DNA of 44,862 bases, from contig NIVC01000058.1 of the NCBI GenBank assembly GCA_002269645.1, positions 1-44,862 on the forward strand, in the 5' to 3' direction. Below, piece by piece: positions 21,698 through 33,270 of this stretch (position 1 is its first letter; each line of letters starts with the position of its first letter). This DNA is from Macrostomum lignano. Lineage: Eukaryota. A program made the translations under genes and the position numbers. Under the pieces are notes generated by a model. It worked only from the letters and a program-made list of their open reading frames with translations. It searched no databases and had not been told where the DNA came from.

Positions 21698-23569
21698 CTC
21701 TAGCAACGCTGAGGTGACTCTTGTAAATTTTAACGACTCAAATGCAACGGAGAGGCGATTGTGGAGTACAAAAAACGTGCGTCACGTGATCGTTGTAGAT
21801 TCGTAGAAGAGTCATGGAAGAGTCGTTGCGTTAGCGCTTAACTTTCTACTAACTTTTTGCCTATTATTAACCCTTTTTTACCGGTTTTTGCGTGACGCGT
21901 GACTCTGGGGACCTTGGCCTGGGTACCGTTTTCATCGGGTCAGGTAGAATCTCAGCAGTCGTGCAGCTGTAGCTCTTGAGATTTGGAGTTCAATATTATA
22001 TATGCAGATTTCATGTAAAACTAAATTAGGAGGTAGGAAGTTTTAAGTTTTAATCTTGAAATTTCCAATATTTTGTTTCTTTTTGCTAATTTGGCGCTTT
22101 TCCCGAGGTGCAGCACTCAACAAGTTAGGCGAGAAATCAAGTTCAGCCATCGAAAAATAAGTTATTTTTCTAGACTCTTACTACTAGAAGTAGCTCAACT
22201 TTGAGCTATAATTCCCCTATGTTTTTAATGTGACATATGTTTTCTGACTAACAAACTTTCTTTTCTATATAAATTTAAACGACAAAAAATAAAGCTACTT
22301 TTTAGAAACAAAACTGCTGTCAAAATCGAAAATTTAAACTTTTTTTTACCTTTCTCTCAATCGATTCTTATATTCTTATATTTCTTAAAAATATCGCTAT
22401 ATTTTCTATACAGAATCAAGCTATATTTTTACTAGTATGATCCTACTAAACTACATAATTACTACTAAATGACACTAAAAGAATAAACTGTGTGACACCG
22501 AAAAAATCTATCCATATTCGATAAACTTTTATATTCGTTTTGCCTTTCTTCGGATTTTTTACAATTTTTACGGACACAAGTATAGCCGCATATTTTAATT
22601 TAGCCGATCGTTAAACAACAACTACAGAAGGGGGGAGGTGTCAGTCAGAACCTGTAACATTAACAGTCCTGCACATACAGACCGTTATTAATTGTATCAA
22701 TTGCAGGAGGGTTGCGGGCACCTTGGCGGAGCAACGCCTTCGGCGGTGACATCGTCACACAATTCCAGCGCTAGCTGGGGCATGCAATTCTACCCATATC
22801 GCTGACTCCTGAAAACAGACAAGCGCACCAGTGCGGCCCTGACTGTACTTTCTATTCTTCAGGCCAGCACTCTCCCGACCTTATATCGCTAAGATTACGC
22901 ATGATACAATGGACCATAGACGTAAGTTGTGATGCTCACACTTACGATTTGCTTAAACATGTCGCAGTTCGGCCTTGCGTAAGTGAGCGCAATTTTATGA
23001 GCTTGCAATTTTGCGAAAGATGCAGTTTCTCGAAATGTTCGCATGTCTATGGTACGTCTTTCGTAAGGTTAATGATCCTAACTCTACGACTGCTCTCGGG
23101 ATCAATCTGAGGGACGATTCTTTAATGCTGCAAGTGACAGCTAAGATCATGGCGACCAAGCGTCAACCCAACTTCCAAGAAACATTAGAAGAAGAAGGAC
23201 GGGACACTTCGTTTCTTGGAAAATTTATTAAAGGCTGATTTTCGCGGAAAAATGTGAGGTGGGGGCAAAGAAAAGAAAATTTGGTGGGGGTGTTTGGGCG
23301 GTTTCTAGAACTTTGAATTCCCGCCTTCGTTAACTCGGCACTCGTAAAGCCGGAAAGTTGCACGGACTTGTTCAAGTCGCTTTTCTCCTTTGATACTCCG
23401 TCTGCCGGGTCCTCAATTCCGCGGGTGGGTAGTCGTAATCGCAGTCGAGCGGTCTTGAGCAGGCACGGTCGTTCAGATTGTAGACACAGCGGTCTTGACA
23501 CCGTAAATTTCACTGTTCGCCTATTTGCTTAACTGTTTACTATAACAGTAGTAGAGTACAAGGCCCACT

Positions 23570-24525
23570 CACCTCTCCTCTCTTACCTCTCTTCTCCTCC
23601 CCTCTCCTCTCCTCTCCTCACCTCTCCTCTCCTCACCTCTCTTCTCCTCTCCTCACCTCTCTTCTCCTCCCCTCTCCTCTCCTCACCTCTCTTCTCCTCT
23701 CCTCACCTCTCTTCTCCCCTCACCTCTCCTCTCCACATCTCTCTTCTCCTCTCCTCTCCTCTCCTCTTCTCCCCTCTCCTCTCCTCACCTCTCTTCTCCT
23801 CCCCTCTCCTCTCCTCTCCTCACCTCTCTTCTCCTCACCTCTCCTCTCCTCACCTCTCTTCTCCTCCCCTCTCCTCTCCTCACCTCTCTTCTCCTCTCCT
23901 CACCTCTCTTCTCCCCTCACCTCTCCTTACCTCTCCTCTCCCTATCTCTCTTCTCCTCTTCTCCTCCCCTCTCCTCTCCTCTCCTCACCTCTCCTCTCCT
24001 CACCTCTCCTCTCCTCACCTCTCTTCTCCTCTCCTCTCTTCATCTCTCCTCTCTTCACCTCTCTTCTCCTCTCCTCACCTCTCTTCTCCCCTCACCTCTC
24101 CTCTCCACATCTCTCTTCTCCTCTCCTCTCCTCTCCTCTTCTCCCCTCTCCTCTCCTTACCTCTCCTCTCCCTATCTCTCTTCTCCTCTTCTCCCCTCTC
24201 CTCTCCTCTTCTCTCCTCTCTTCACCTCTCCTCTCCTCTCCTCTCTTCATTTCTCCTCTCCTCTCCTCTCCTCACCTCTTTTCTCCCCTTACCTCTCCTC
24301 TCCTCTCCTCTCCTCTCCTCTCTTCACCTCTCTTCTCCTCTCCTCTCCTCTTCTCCACTCTCCTCCCCTCTCCTCTCCTCTCTTCACCTCTCCTCTCCTC
24401 TCCTCTCCTCACCTCTTTTCTCCCCTTACCTCTCCTCTTCTCCCCTCTCTTCTCCTCTCTTCACCTCTCTTCTCCCCTTACCTCTCCTCTTCTCCCCTCT
24501 CTTCACCTCTCTTCTCACCTCTCTT
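23570..24525. repeat. Polypyrimidine (CT-rich) low-complexity tract, ~950 bp
   Basis: Direct reading. Confidence 0.95.
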
Positions 24526-25085
24526 CTCGAATCAGCTTGATACAGCGCAGGCTCCGAGCAGCCATCCACACTTTGCCAGGTTTTCTCAGGCAGTTAAAAA
24601 AGAGTTCGTTAAAGCCGGTTTTAACTGGAAGCAAGCGTGAGCCAACCATGCAGTCCTGGCTATGCGATGTCGTAAATAATTTAAACGGCAAATGAAACAG
24701 CGAGAGAGTTGGAGTGGACGACAGCATGAAAGGCTGCTCCAGACGGAGTCTGGTTCTCTTCTAACTAAATAGGAGAAGAGCTACCATCAGGAGCCTCTCG
24801 TTTGTCCCTATAGTGCGGGGCCAAGCCTGGAGTGTGGCTATTTTATAACAAAAAATTAGATTCATTCAAATTTTCTCAGCTTGGAAACGTTTGGCATTTG
24901 TAGCACAAATTTATTCACATTACAAATAGTTATAATTAACTGTTTTCGATCGAATAAAATGCTAGAAAGTTTTACTGTAAAAGATGAAGCCGATGGTAGG
25001 GCTGAATGTAGGGGTTGTGGCACTATAAGGATAATAAGGATAAATCCTTGAAAAACACTATAAAGATAGGACAAAATTTTCCATG

Positions 25086-25390
25086 TAATAATATAATAAT
25101 TGATTACTCCTGTCCTAATGGGCAGATGTGCAACCGACAGCTCAGCCGCAGCTATTGCAAGGCGCATCTGAAGGCTGCGTACGGCTGTTCAGTTCAATGA
25201 CTGGGGAGTCGCCACGCACACCTTTAATTACCCCAGCTAATGCTGGCACCCATTTTACAGCTGGGTGAACTGAAGCAACGCAGAGTTAAGTGTCTTGCTC
25301 AAGGACATAAATTGTTCCAGGGGGATCGGGAATCGAACCCCTGACCTTCAAGACATGAGTCCGACGCTCTAACCACTGGGCTACAACCCC
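25086..25390 (-). mobile_element. tRNA-derived CORE-like SINE, paralogous to 15629-15924
   Basis: Same A/B boxes, core and flanks as the copy in block A. Confidence 0.8.
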
Positions 25391-26241
25391 TCTGCATGTA
25401 TGCATTACCTGTAAACCTGTACCTGCAACTTCAAAACATAAGCAGCAAAAACACAAAACTTCATACTCTTCTTCTTTGGCATCTTTCCACTCATAGAATG
25501 CACCCTTAGCTTACACACGCACTTCTGTCAACGCCACACGAGCCCCGCACCTCCTCCTCCATGAAAACTTAATTCATAAAACAATCTTGAGGCGAAACCG
25601 ACATTTTATTTCTGGAAACAAGCCAAAAAAGTGACCAGACTTTTATATTCGACTTTTATTTTCGACTTTTATCGAAAAATTTGAAATCAAGATTGAATAG
25701 AGATTAAAAACGGATCCAGACACCTCTTGTCGAGGCTCAAGACAAGCCAGCACAAAGCTATTTTGAGCTTGCCACAACTGCCAAAGCTACTCAGCAGCAA
25801 TGTAGATACTAAGCTCATTAAAAGCGTTGACTATAGCTACCAGAGTAAAAAAAGTTTAAAAAATCCCTTTGTTCGCCCAAAATCGGCTTGAGGCAGAATG
25901 AGTTGATTACTGATGCAGAGGGGAGTCCCGTTTGGCCGCAGCATCCCGCAACTTCCCATCCCATTGAGAATGCTCAATGCCACCAATTTACTCTCAGCTG
26001 CCGCATGACGGGCAAAGTTTCTCTCTCCATCCCGAAGCTAATTAGCTACTGTCGTGGGATGGTTTCCATGGAGACGAGGACAACAAATTCTATTCACTGG
26101 ATAGCCCAGCCAGCCAACAGGAAAATGCAGCTGAGACACTATATTTAGAGCTGCAACTGCTCACTGGCTTAGCGACTTTCCTGGCTTAGAAGCATCTGCC
26201 AATCTACCTCGACAACCAAGCCCTGCTGTCAGCGTCTTGGA

Positions 26242-26968
26242 ATGACACTTCACGAAGCTGCCATAACCTTGGCAGTGCTGATTTCATTCGCCGACGGTAC
26301 ATCTTTTGTCTTCGACAAGAGGCCGGACTTGTGTCACAATGCTAGCACTGCAGCTGACGGTCCGCGCAAACTGCTTGGCGTTCCCGATCCTCTAGAGTGT
26401 GCTGTCAAATGCGTGAGCAACACGACTCTGTGCTCAGTGTATGAGTACTCGCCTAGCAACAGGTCGTGCATTCTTGGAAACAGCTGCGACCTGCTGCTTT
26501 TCTGGCAACTCAGCGGCGGACCGGCCTGCAACACGCAGGTGCTGCGAGGCGCAGCAGACTGTGAGACTGCGTCAGTGACTCCGACTACGACTTCAATTCT
26601 GACGACCCCGACTTCGACTACCTCGACTCCGACTGCGACTACGACCACAACGACTCCGACTACGACCACTACAACTCCGACTACGACCACTACAACTCCG
26701 ACTACGACCACTACGACTCCGACTACGACCACTACGACTCCGAGTACGACGACAACAACTCCGCCTACGACAACCACTACGACTCCGACTACGACCACTA
26801 CAATTCCGACTACGACCACTACAACTCCGACTACGACCACTACAACTCCGACTACGACCACTACGACTCCGACTACGACGACGACAACTCCGCCTACGAC
26901 AACCACCACGACTCCGACTACGACCACTACGACAACCACTACAACTCCTGCTCCAATGGTAGTAACAG
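26242..26968 (+). CDS. Gene B exon 1: signal peptide, PAN/apple-like domain and shorter mucin stalk
   Basis: Paralog of 19005-20055; phase-1 donor ACA G|gtaggc; 727 bp. Confidence 0.85.
26570..26950 (+). repeat. Coding Thr/Pro repeat (mostly 21-bp PTTTTTT) of gene B
   Basis: Direct reading. Confidence 0.93.
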
Positions 26969-27006
26969 GTAGGCATAAAAAGAATCTTAGCATACGGAAT
27001 TATTAA

Positions 27007-29030
27007 CAGTAGAAAGTCCATGGGGGTGTATTTCAAATACACACATTTTTCCTTTGTCTGGATCTCCAAAAATATTCAACAACCAATTGCCATGAAAATC
27101 CAGAACACGGGCTAAAATTTTCCCTTCTGTTCGATGAAGCAACTTTGGGAATCACTAAAAATCGGCATCGTTGGGAGATATTCAACGATTCTCCTCGGGG
27201 TGTCTGGTGGCAAAAATCACCAACTGATGTGTTCCTTACTACCAAGACTAATCAAAGAACAATCACTTCTAGCTACTGCTAGGCAACCCAGTAATCAAAT
27301 GAAGATATCTCTTACCTTGAGTCCTGTCTTGGAGAGCTCTTTCTTGTTTTGCAGTTCTCGAACTTCTTGGCTCGTTAGACGTCTATGTTTCGTAAACTAG
27401 GTCCGCGTTCCTTTACTTCCACTGAAGTCGTTTCCGGCCGGTATCTGTCGTTTGGAGCAATCAGAAGCTTCGTGTTATCAATGGGGATCCCTGCGCCTTA
27501 ATGCGGTTTCAAATAAGCCTCCTCCCTCTAGCGGTGTCTTAATGCACCCTAGGTATAGCTCCGGTATTCACTGATAGTCTGAGATCTATCAGGGTAGTCC
27601 TTCTGGAGACTACAACCAATGGAGTCTCAAATAGACTCAAGAGTCTCAACAGACTCAAGCACAACCACAATAATGAGTCGACTCAAACAACGGGCGCAAA
27701 TGAGTAAGGCTTTCCGCAAGAACTCAGCCGAGTCTCGGTTGACTTGGTCTGCAGGAAGTCCTCCTAAGGCTTCCTCTTCGGAGCTTCTCCTTCTGGAGGT
27801 TCGGTTGTTGGCTCCGGGTCCGCTTCGCTTCGGACCACTTGTATTTATAGGCAACCTTTGCGACGTATATAAATAGCAGCATGATTCATCTTTTTTGGTA
27901 ATAAATAGTAACATGACTCTTCTTTGCGTTATAAATAGCAACATGATTCTTTTTGTGCTATAAATAGTAAGGTGATTCATTGTTCGTAAAAAATAGTAAC
28001 ATGCTTCATGGTTTTCGATAAAATAGTAACTTGACTCACGGTTTAAGTTTCGCTGCGCATTTTTGCATTAGTCTACTTAAAGTAGCATTCTATGAATAAA
28101 CCTCTACATTAACAATTTTGTGATCTTTTGTGGGAAGTAAAACACTCTACACAACATTGGCAAAATGTTTCTGCTCACAAAATCTCATCGTGAAACCACG
28201 TCGGCTCAACAAACTTTGGTTATCAGTCGCAGGAACTTTTGCTCTCAGCATCCCAGGCACCAGAGTCCTCTTTATCGCCGTCTGGAGCATCGGCGGCGAC
28301 CGTCGGGACCTTCAACAAAAGCACCCGATCGGCATCTCAGAGACCGCTGCGTTCCCAAAACTCTCAAATTTAACATGGTGCAAAAGCATTGTATAATATG
28401 CAGACATGCCTGGTTTGGTGCCTTGATAGAAAAACCACGATGTTGGGGGTGCCCGCTCGTCAGGGCCGCGTGGTGGCACTCCGTTGAAGCTCCTGAAGGT
28501 CGCCTGTATGTCTACAGGTCAGCCTAGAGGGTCGCCATCGTCCATTTCATTCACAGATTATGTCTACTGACTGAATGCTTCATGCAGAAGAGGATTCTTC
28601 CACTTCAGTTTTGGGAACGCAGCCGTCTCTGAGATGCCGATCGGTGCTTTTGTTGAAGGTCCCGACGGTCGCCACCGATGCTCCAGACGGTGATGAAGGG
28701 GACCCGGTGCCTGGGATGCTGAGAAAAAAGGCCTCTACGACAGATGGACCCAAATTATTGAGCCAATATGGATTCACCATAAAGGTTTATACAGTGTAGT
28801 GTTGGTTGGCCTTGCCACCAGTGTCTTCGACAAGAATCGTTGAATATCTCGACGATGCTGACGTCGGATGACTTTGAAAGTTAGTTCGTCGGAAAGGGCG
28901 GAAAATTTTGATCCATGTGGTGGACTTCTACGAAAATCGGTTTGCGAGCTATCGTGAAATGGGTCGTGTGTATTTGTAATACACCCCGTGGTTTTTCCCC
29001 ATGGGGAAAAATGGCGTGGTCTTTCTACTG
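27007..29030. mobile_element. Non-autonomous DNA transposon (2024 bp) in a TTAA site
   Basis: TTAA|CAGTAGAAAG ... CTTTCTACTG|TTAA. Further inverted matches lie at 27018-27045/28965-28991 and 27165-27191/28833-28860. The paralogous intron in A has a single TTAA at 20090-20093. Confidence 0.9.
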
Positions 29031-29619
29031 TTAAGAAGTAAAGTTTATATTTAAACCGAGCCTTCAGCTGGAAATACTGACAGAAAAAGCTTAAGGTTGG
29101 TCTCGCAGTCATACGGCTTAAGCTTTTCCATAATGAAATGTTTTTAAACCACTGGTTCTGAGCGCGTCCATAGAGAATCATTCAATCACCCGCAACAAAA
29201 TTGCTCTTAGTTAAAGCTAAATTAAAAAAGAGATTTCCAGAGCTGGACAAAGGACAGGCAGCTTAACTTGTGGCTCCTCTTGGATGTGACATCCGCCAGC
29301 AGGGGAGACAGGCGCGCCCGCAGAGCTCATGAAGCCATTTGCATATTTCAAAGACTCAAACATCGTACTTTCAATCTTCAGTTTTTAGGATTTTTAGCTA
29401 GAAATTTCCTATACATATTGAAATTGAAATTTCGAATTTCAAATGAATCAAGGGTCTGTTTATCAAGTTTATCAAGTTTATCAAGCTGCATTTTCTCTGA
29501 AAATGCTGCACAGGAGACTACAGTACATGTATTTTTTAGTGCAGCGTCCATATAATTTTGTTGTCCAATGAATTTATATTTATTGCATAAAATTTCGAAT
29601 CGTCAATTTCAATTTTCAG

Positions 29620-30362
29620 TGCCAACCTCGGGTTCAAAACAATATGGAACACCGGTGAACTACACGCCCCCTGTGGACAATGCCTGCTATCGGTTCGAAG
29701 CGCGTGGCGCCAAAGGAGGTTCCGGAAGCGCAGCTGGTGGAAACGGGGCTATAAAAATTGCCCACTTTGTCCTGAACAGCTCTCAGACGTTGACTATTGT
29801 TGTCGGAAAATCCGGAAACAATGGCGATGGCGGCGGCGGCGGAGGCGGCACTTTCGTCTACACGAGTGGCGGCAGTCCCGTCCTGCTGCTGGCGGCCGGA
29901 GGAGGAGGCGGTGGAGCAGACGTCAGTTCGGCTACAGGCAGCCCTGGAACCAGTTCGACCGGCGGCTGCTCCGGAAACGCGGGAAGCAACCCATCCGGAG
30001 GCAACTGTGGCGCCGGCGGTGCCGGATGGCAATCATCTGGAACTTCACCCAGTGGCAATAATTGTGGCTCAGTTGGAAGTAACTTTGCAGGAGGTGATGG
30101 CGCATCGGGCGACGGCGGCTTTGGTGGCTACGGTGGTGGAGGCGGTGGAGGCCGAACAATGGGAGGCAATAAGGCCGGAGGCGGCGGCGGCGGCGGTGGC
30201 TACTGCGGCGGCTCCGGCGGGGCGCAAGACAATCCAGGTGGCGGCGGCTCCAGCTATGCAGCTGCTTCAGCTAAGCAAGTTTCAGGATCGGATGGAGGCA
30301 ACACCGAATCTGATGGGAAGGTAGAAATATCTATTGTGGCTAGCTCCTTCTGTACACCGTGA
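29620..30362 (+). CDS. Gene B exon 2: ALK/LTK-type glycine-rich domain; the spliced product is 489 aa
   Basis: Acceptor aattttcag|TG; paralog of 20679-21421; stop TGA at 30360-30362. Confidence 0.87.
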
Positions 30363-30436
30363 GCACCGGCTGAAAACGTTAACATGACTTTATTCGCAAA
30401 GAACTCATTGCAAACAACTCTCTTATGACTTTAGCA

Positions 30437-30653
30437 CAGGGGTTGGCAAACTCTATTAGCTCAAGGGCCAAAAGAGAACCTAAGCGCATGCATGACCGCG
30501 GGCCAGAGGAGGGGAGAGAAAAAACAAAAATGAGTTAAGAAGGTAAATTCCAATTGAGCGGGCGGGATGGCTATATTGTAAAGTTTCGAAGGACCTGATC
30601 CGTGAGGCCTGATAGAGAAGCTTTGCGGGCCGGCCCACGGGCCAGAGTTTGCC
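30437..30653. mobile_element. hAT-like MITE, paralog of 21496-21697, right end deleted
   Basis: Left TIR and ctttagca are intact; about 35 bp covering the right terminus and TSD are missing relative to A. Confidence 0.6.
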
Positions 30654-32449
30654 TTGTAAATTTTAAAGACTCAAATGCAACGGAAGAGGCGAGTGTGGAG
30701 TACAAAACGCGCGTCACGTGATCGTTTTGTATTCTAGATTCGAGACACGGAAGAGTCGTTGCGTTAGCGCTTAACTCTCTACTAACTCAAGCAGGCCAAT
30801 TAGAGTTTAATAGTCTTAGACAATCAAACGCCTTATAGTGACTCTTTAGGCGACTTTTACCGTGACATCTCGTGTTACAGTCGTCAGTACACTTTTCTCT
30901 CGTATTTTACCTGTGTTACCTGCAACAACTCGACCGGGCGGGATGCAAGCGACTCTGGGGACGCTTCTTGGCCTGGGGTGCCGTTTTCATCGGGTCATGT
31001 AGAATCTCAGCAGTCGTACAGCAGTATAGCTCTGGAGATTTTGATTTCAATATTATATGCAGATTTCATGTGAACCTAAATTAGGAGGTAGGAAGTTTTC
31101 AGTTTTTTATCTTGAAATTTCTAATATTTTGTTTCTTTTTTGTTTTGCGCTTTTCCCGAGTTGCAGCACTCAACAAGTTTAGCGAGAAATCGAGTTTCGA
31201 CATCGAAAAAATTCGGTCGAAAGTAAAAGAAACTAATTGATTGTGATAAGTTTGATTGTACTTCGAAGTAAATTATGTACTAGTGGAAGATAAAACACAC
31301 CTTTTGAGGGGGATATTTGTATAAAATTATACAATTTATGAAAATAGCTCCCGAAAAGGGCACGTTTTATCTCATAAATCATACATAAAAATTTACGGGA
31401 TATTATTGAATAATATCACCCAATAAAATGCTGAGTAGTTTGTTTTATCAGTAAACAAATAACACAAAATCCTGACCTTGCCAGTGCGATTAAGTTATCT
31501 TTCTAGAATCTTACTACTATAAGTAGATAAACGTTGAGCTATAAAAATTCCCAATGTTTTTTTAATGTGACAATTATGTTTCCCGACAAAATTATAATAC
31601 ATTTAAACAAAAAAATCAAAGCATCTCTTTATAAGCGAAACTGCTGTCAAAATCGAAAACTTTATTTTTTTTGCTTTTTCTCCAACATTTTTTCTCTCAA
31701 TCGATTCTTATATCGCTATATTTTCTATACAGAATCAAGCTATATTTTTACTAGTATGATACTACTAAACTACATAGTTTCTACTAAATGACACTAAAAG
31801 AATAAACTGTGTGACACCGAAAAAATCTATCCATATTCGATAAACTGCAGCGTTTTGCCTTTTTCTTCGGGTTTTTTTACAATTTTTACGGACCCAATCG
31901 TTTAACAACAACTACAGAAGGGGGGAGGTGTCAGTCAGAACCTGTAACATTAACGGTCCTGCACATACAGACCGTTATTAATTGTATCAATTGCAGGAGG
32001 GTTGCGGGCACCTTGGCGGAGCAACGCCTTCGGCGGTGACATCGTCACACAATTCCAGCGCTAGCTGGGGCATGCAATTCTACCCATATCGCTGACTCCT
32101 GAAAACAGACAAGCGCACCAGTGCGGCCCTGACTGTACTTTCTATTCTTCAGGCCAGCACTCTCCCGACCTTATATCGCTAAGATTACGCATGATACAAT
32201 GGACCATAGACGTAAGTTGTGATGGCCACACAGTTTGACTATGCGTACGAGTGATCGCAATTTTACGAAAGATGCAGTTTCTCGAAACGTTAGTATGTTT
32301 ATGGTCTTTCGTAAGGTTGATCTTAACCCTACGACTGCTCGGGACCTGTCGTAAGAAGCACTTATGGGACCTATCTGAGGGGCGCTATCGTCAATGCTGC
32401 AAGTGACAGCTAAGATCATGGCGACCAAGCGTCACCCCAACTTCTTCAG

Positions 32450-32672
32450 AATCTGTGGAGATCAAGGAAAGAAAGCTCAAATATTACGGACATCAGACGA
32501 GGAATTAGGGAGCCATGGCAAAGTTCTGTATTTAAGGAGAAATAATAGACCGGATGGACAGTGGAGAGGCTATGAAGAGCAGCGAAGGACAGACAGTGAT
32601 GTCGGAAGCTGGTGCATGCATGGATGCGCTCATGGATCATGGATGCGGCCATGACGGCTACGGTAAAGAAGA
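32450..32672 (+). mobile_element. Degenerate 3' fragment of an RTE-like LINE
   Basis: Broken frames read EIKERKLKYYGHQTRN and WTVERL*RAAKDRQ*CRKLVH, resembling the RTE ORF C-terminal IK.RKL.YFGH and A.DR..WR.LV motifs. Confidence 0.5.
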
Positions 32673-33270
32673 TACCATTTTCAACATAATTTGCGAGGTT
32701 TTCCTTTCCGAGTTGACTAAGAAGTCCTTGACTTCTATTTTTCTCTGGTCGAAAACCACAGCAGCCAGTCCGCTCAGGATGTCTATGGCCAAAAGTCTGA
32801 GGAAAAATCAAACTTGGCGCTGTATAAAAACACAAATATAGAAATGAAAAAGGCAGACCAGCACAAATTAATATAAACAAATATTTAATAATTATAATTT
32901 TATTTCTAACAGTAGAACATACCGAGGTGTTGAATTAAAGTTAGCATATTCAGGTACTGTTCTCGCTTATATTTCTCCACCACAAACAGATTAGCACAAG
33001 GATAAAAACACGAACCTTGAGTTTATAGTTTGTTGAGATGATATATATTATTCTAGAAAGTTGGTTCCGAGTCTCTTCTCTTTCAACTGACACTGCACTT
33101 GTCGTACGCAGCGAGTTTTTTATATATTCACTACAATGACAATAATAGCTAATAGTATAGTCTTAGTTGTAACAGATTTATAGGCAGAGTTTCTAATTGA
33201 TAAATTCAATCAATATTCCAAAGCAAAAAGCCCACTAATTAAGAGTTTCGAATTCATCATCATCTATCGA

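Larger units (their letters stand above)
15085..23175 (+). repeat. Tandem segmental duplication, copy A
   Basis: Colinear with 24527-32444 from tcgaatcagc to gcgaccaagcgtca.cccaacttc. Confidence 0.93.
24527..32444 (+). repeat. Tandem segmental duplication, copy B
   Basis: Colinear with 15085-23175. Confidence 0.93.

Noticed and set aside
23140-23513. MATKRQPNF / MATKRHPNF starts (also 32418) resembling Myb/SANT N-termini, and the minus ORF 23163-23513
   Set aside because: The two copies diverge right after the motif, and no domain or paired splice signals support a gene.
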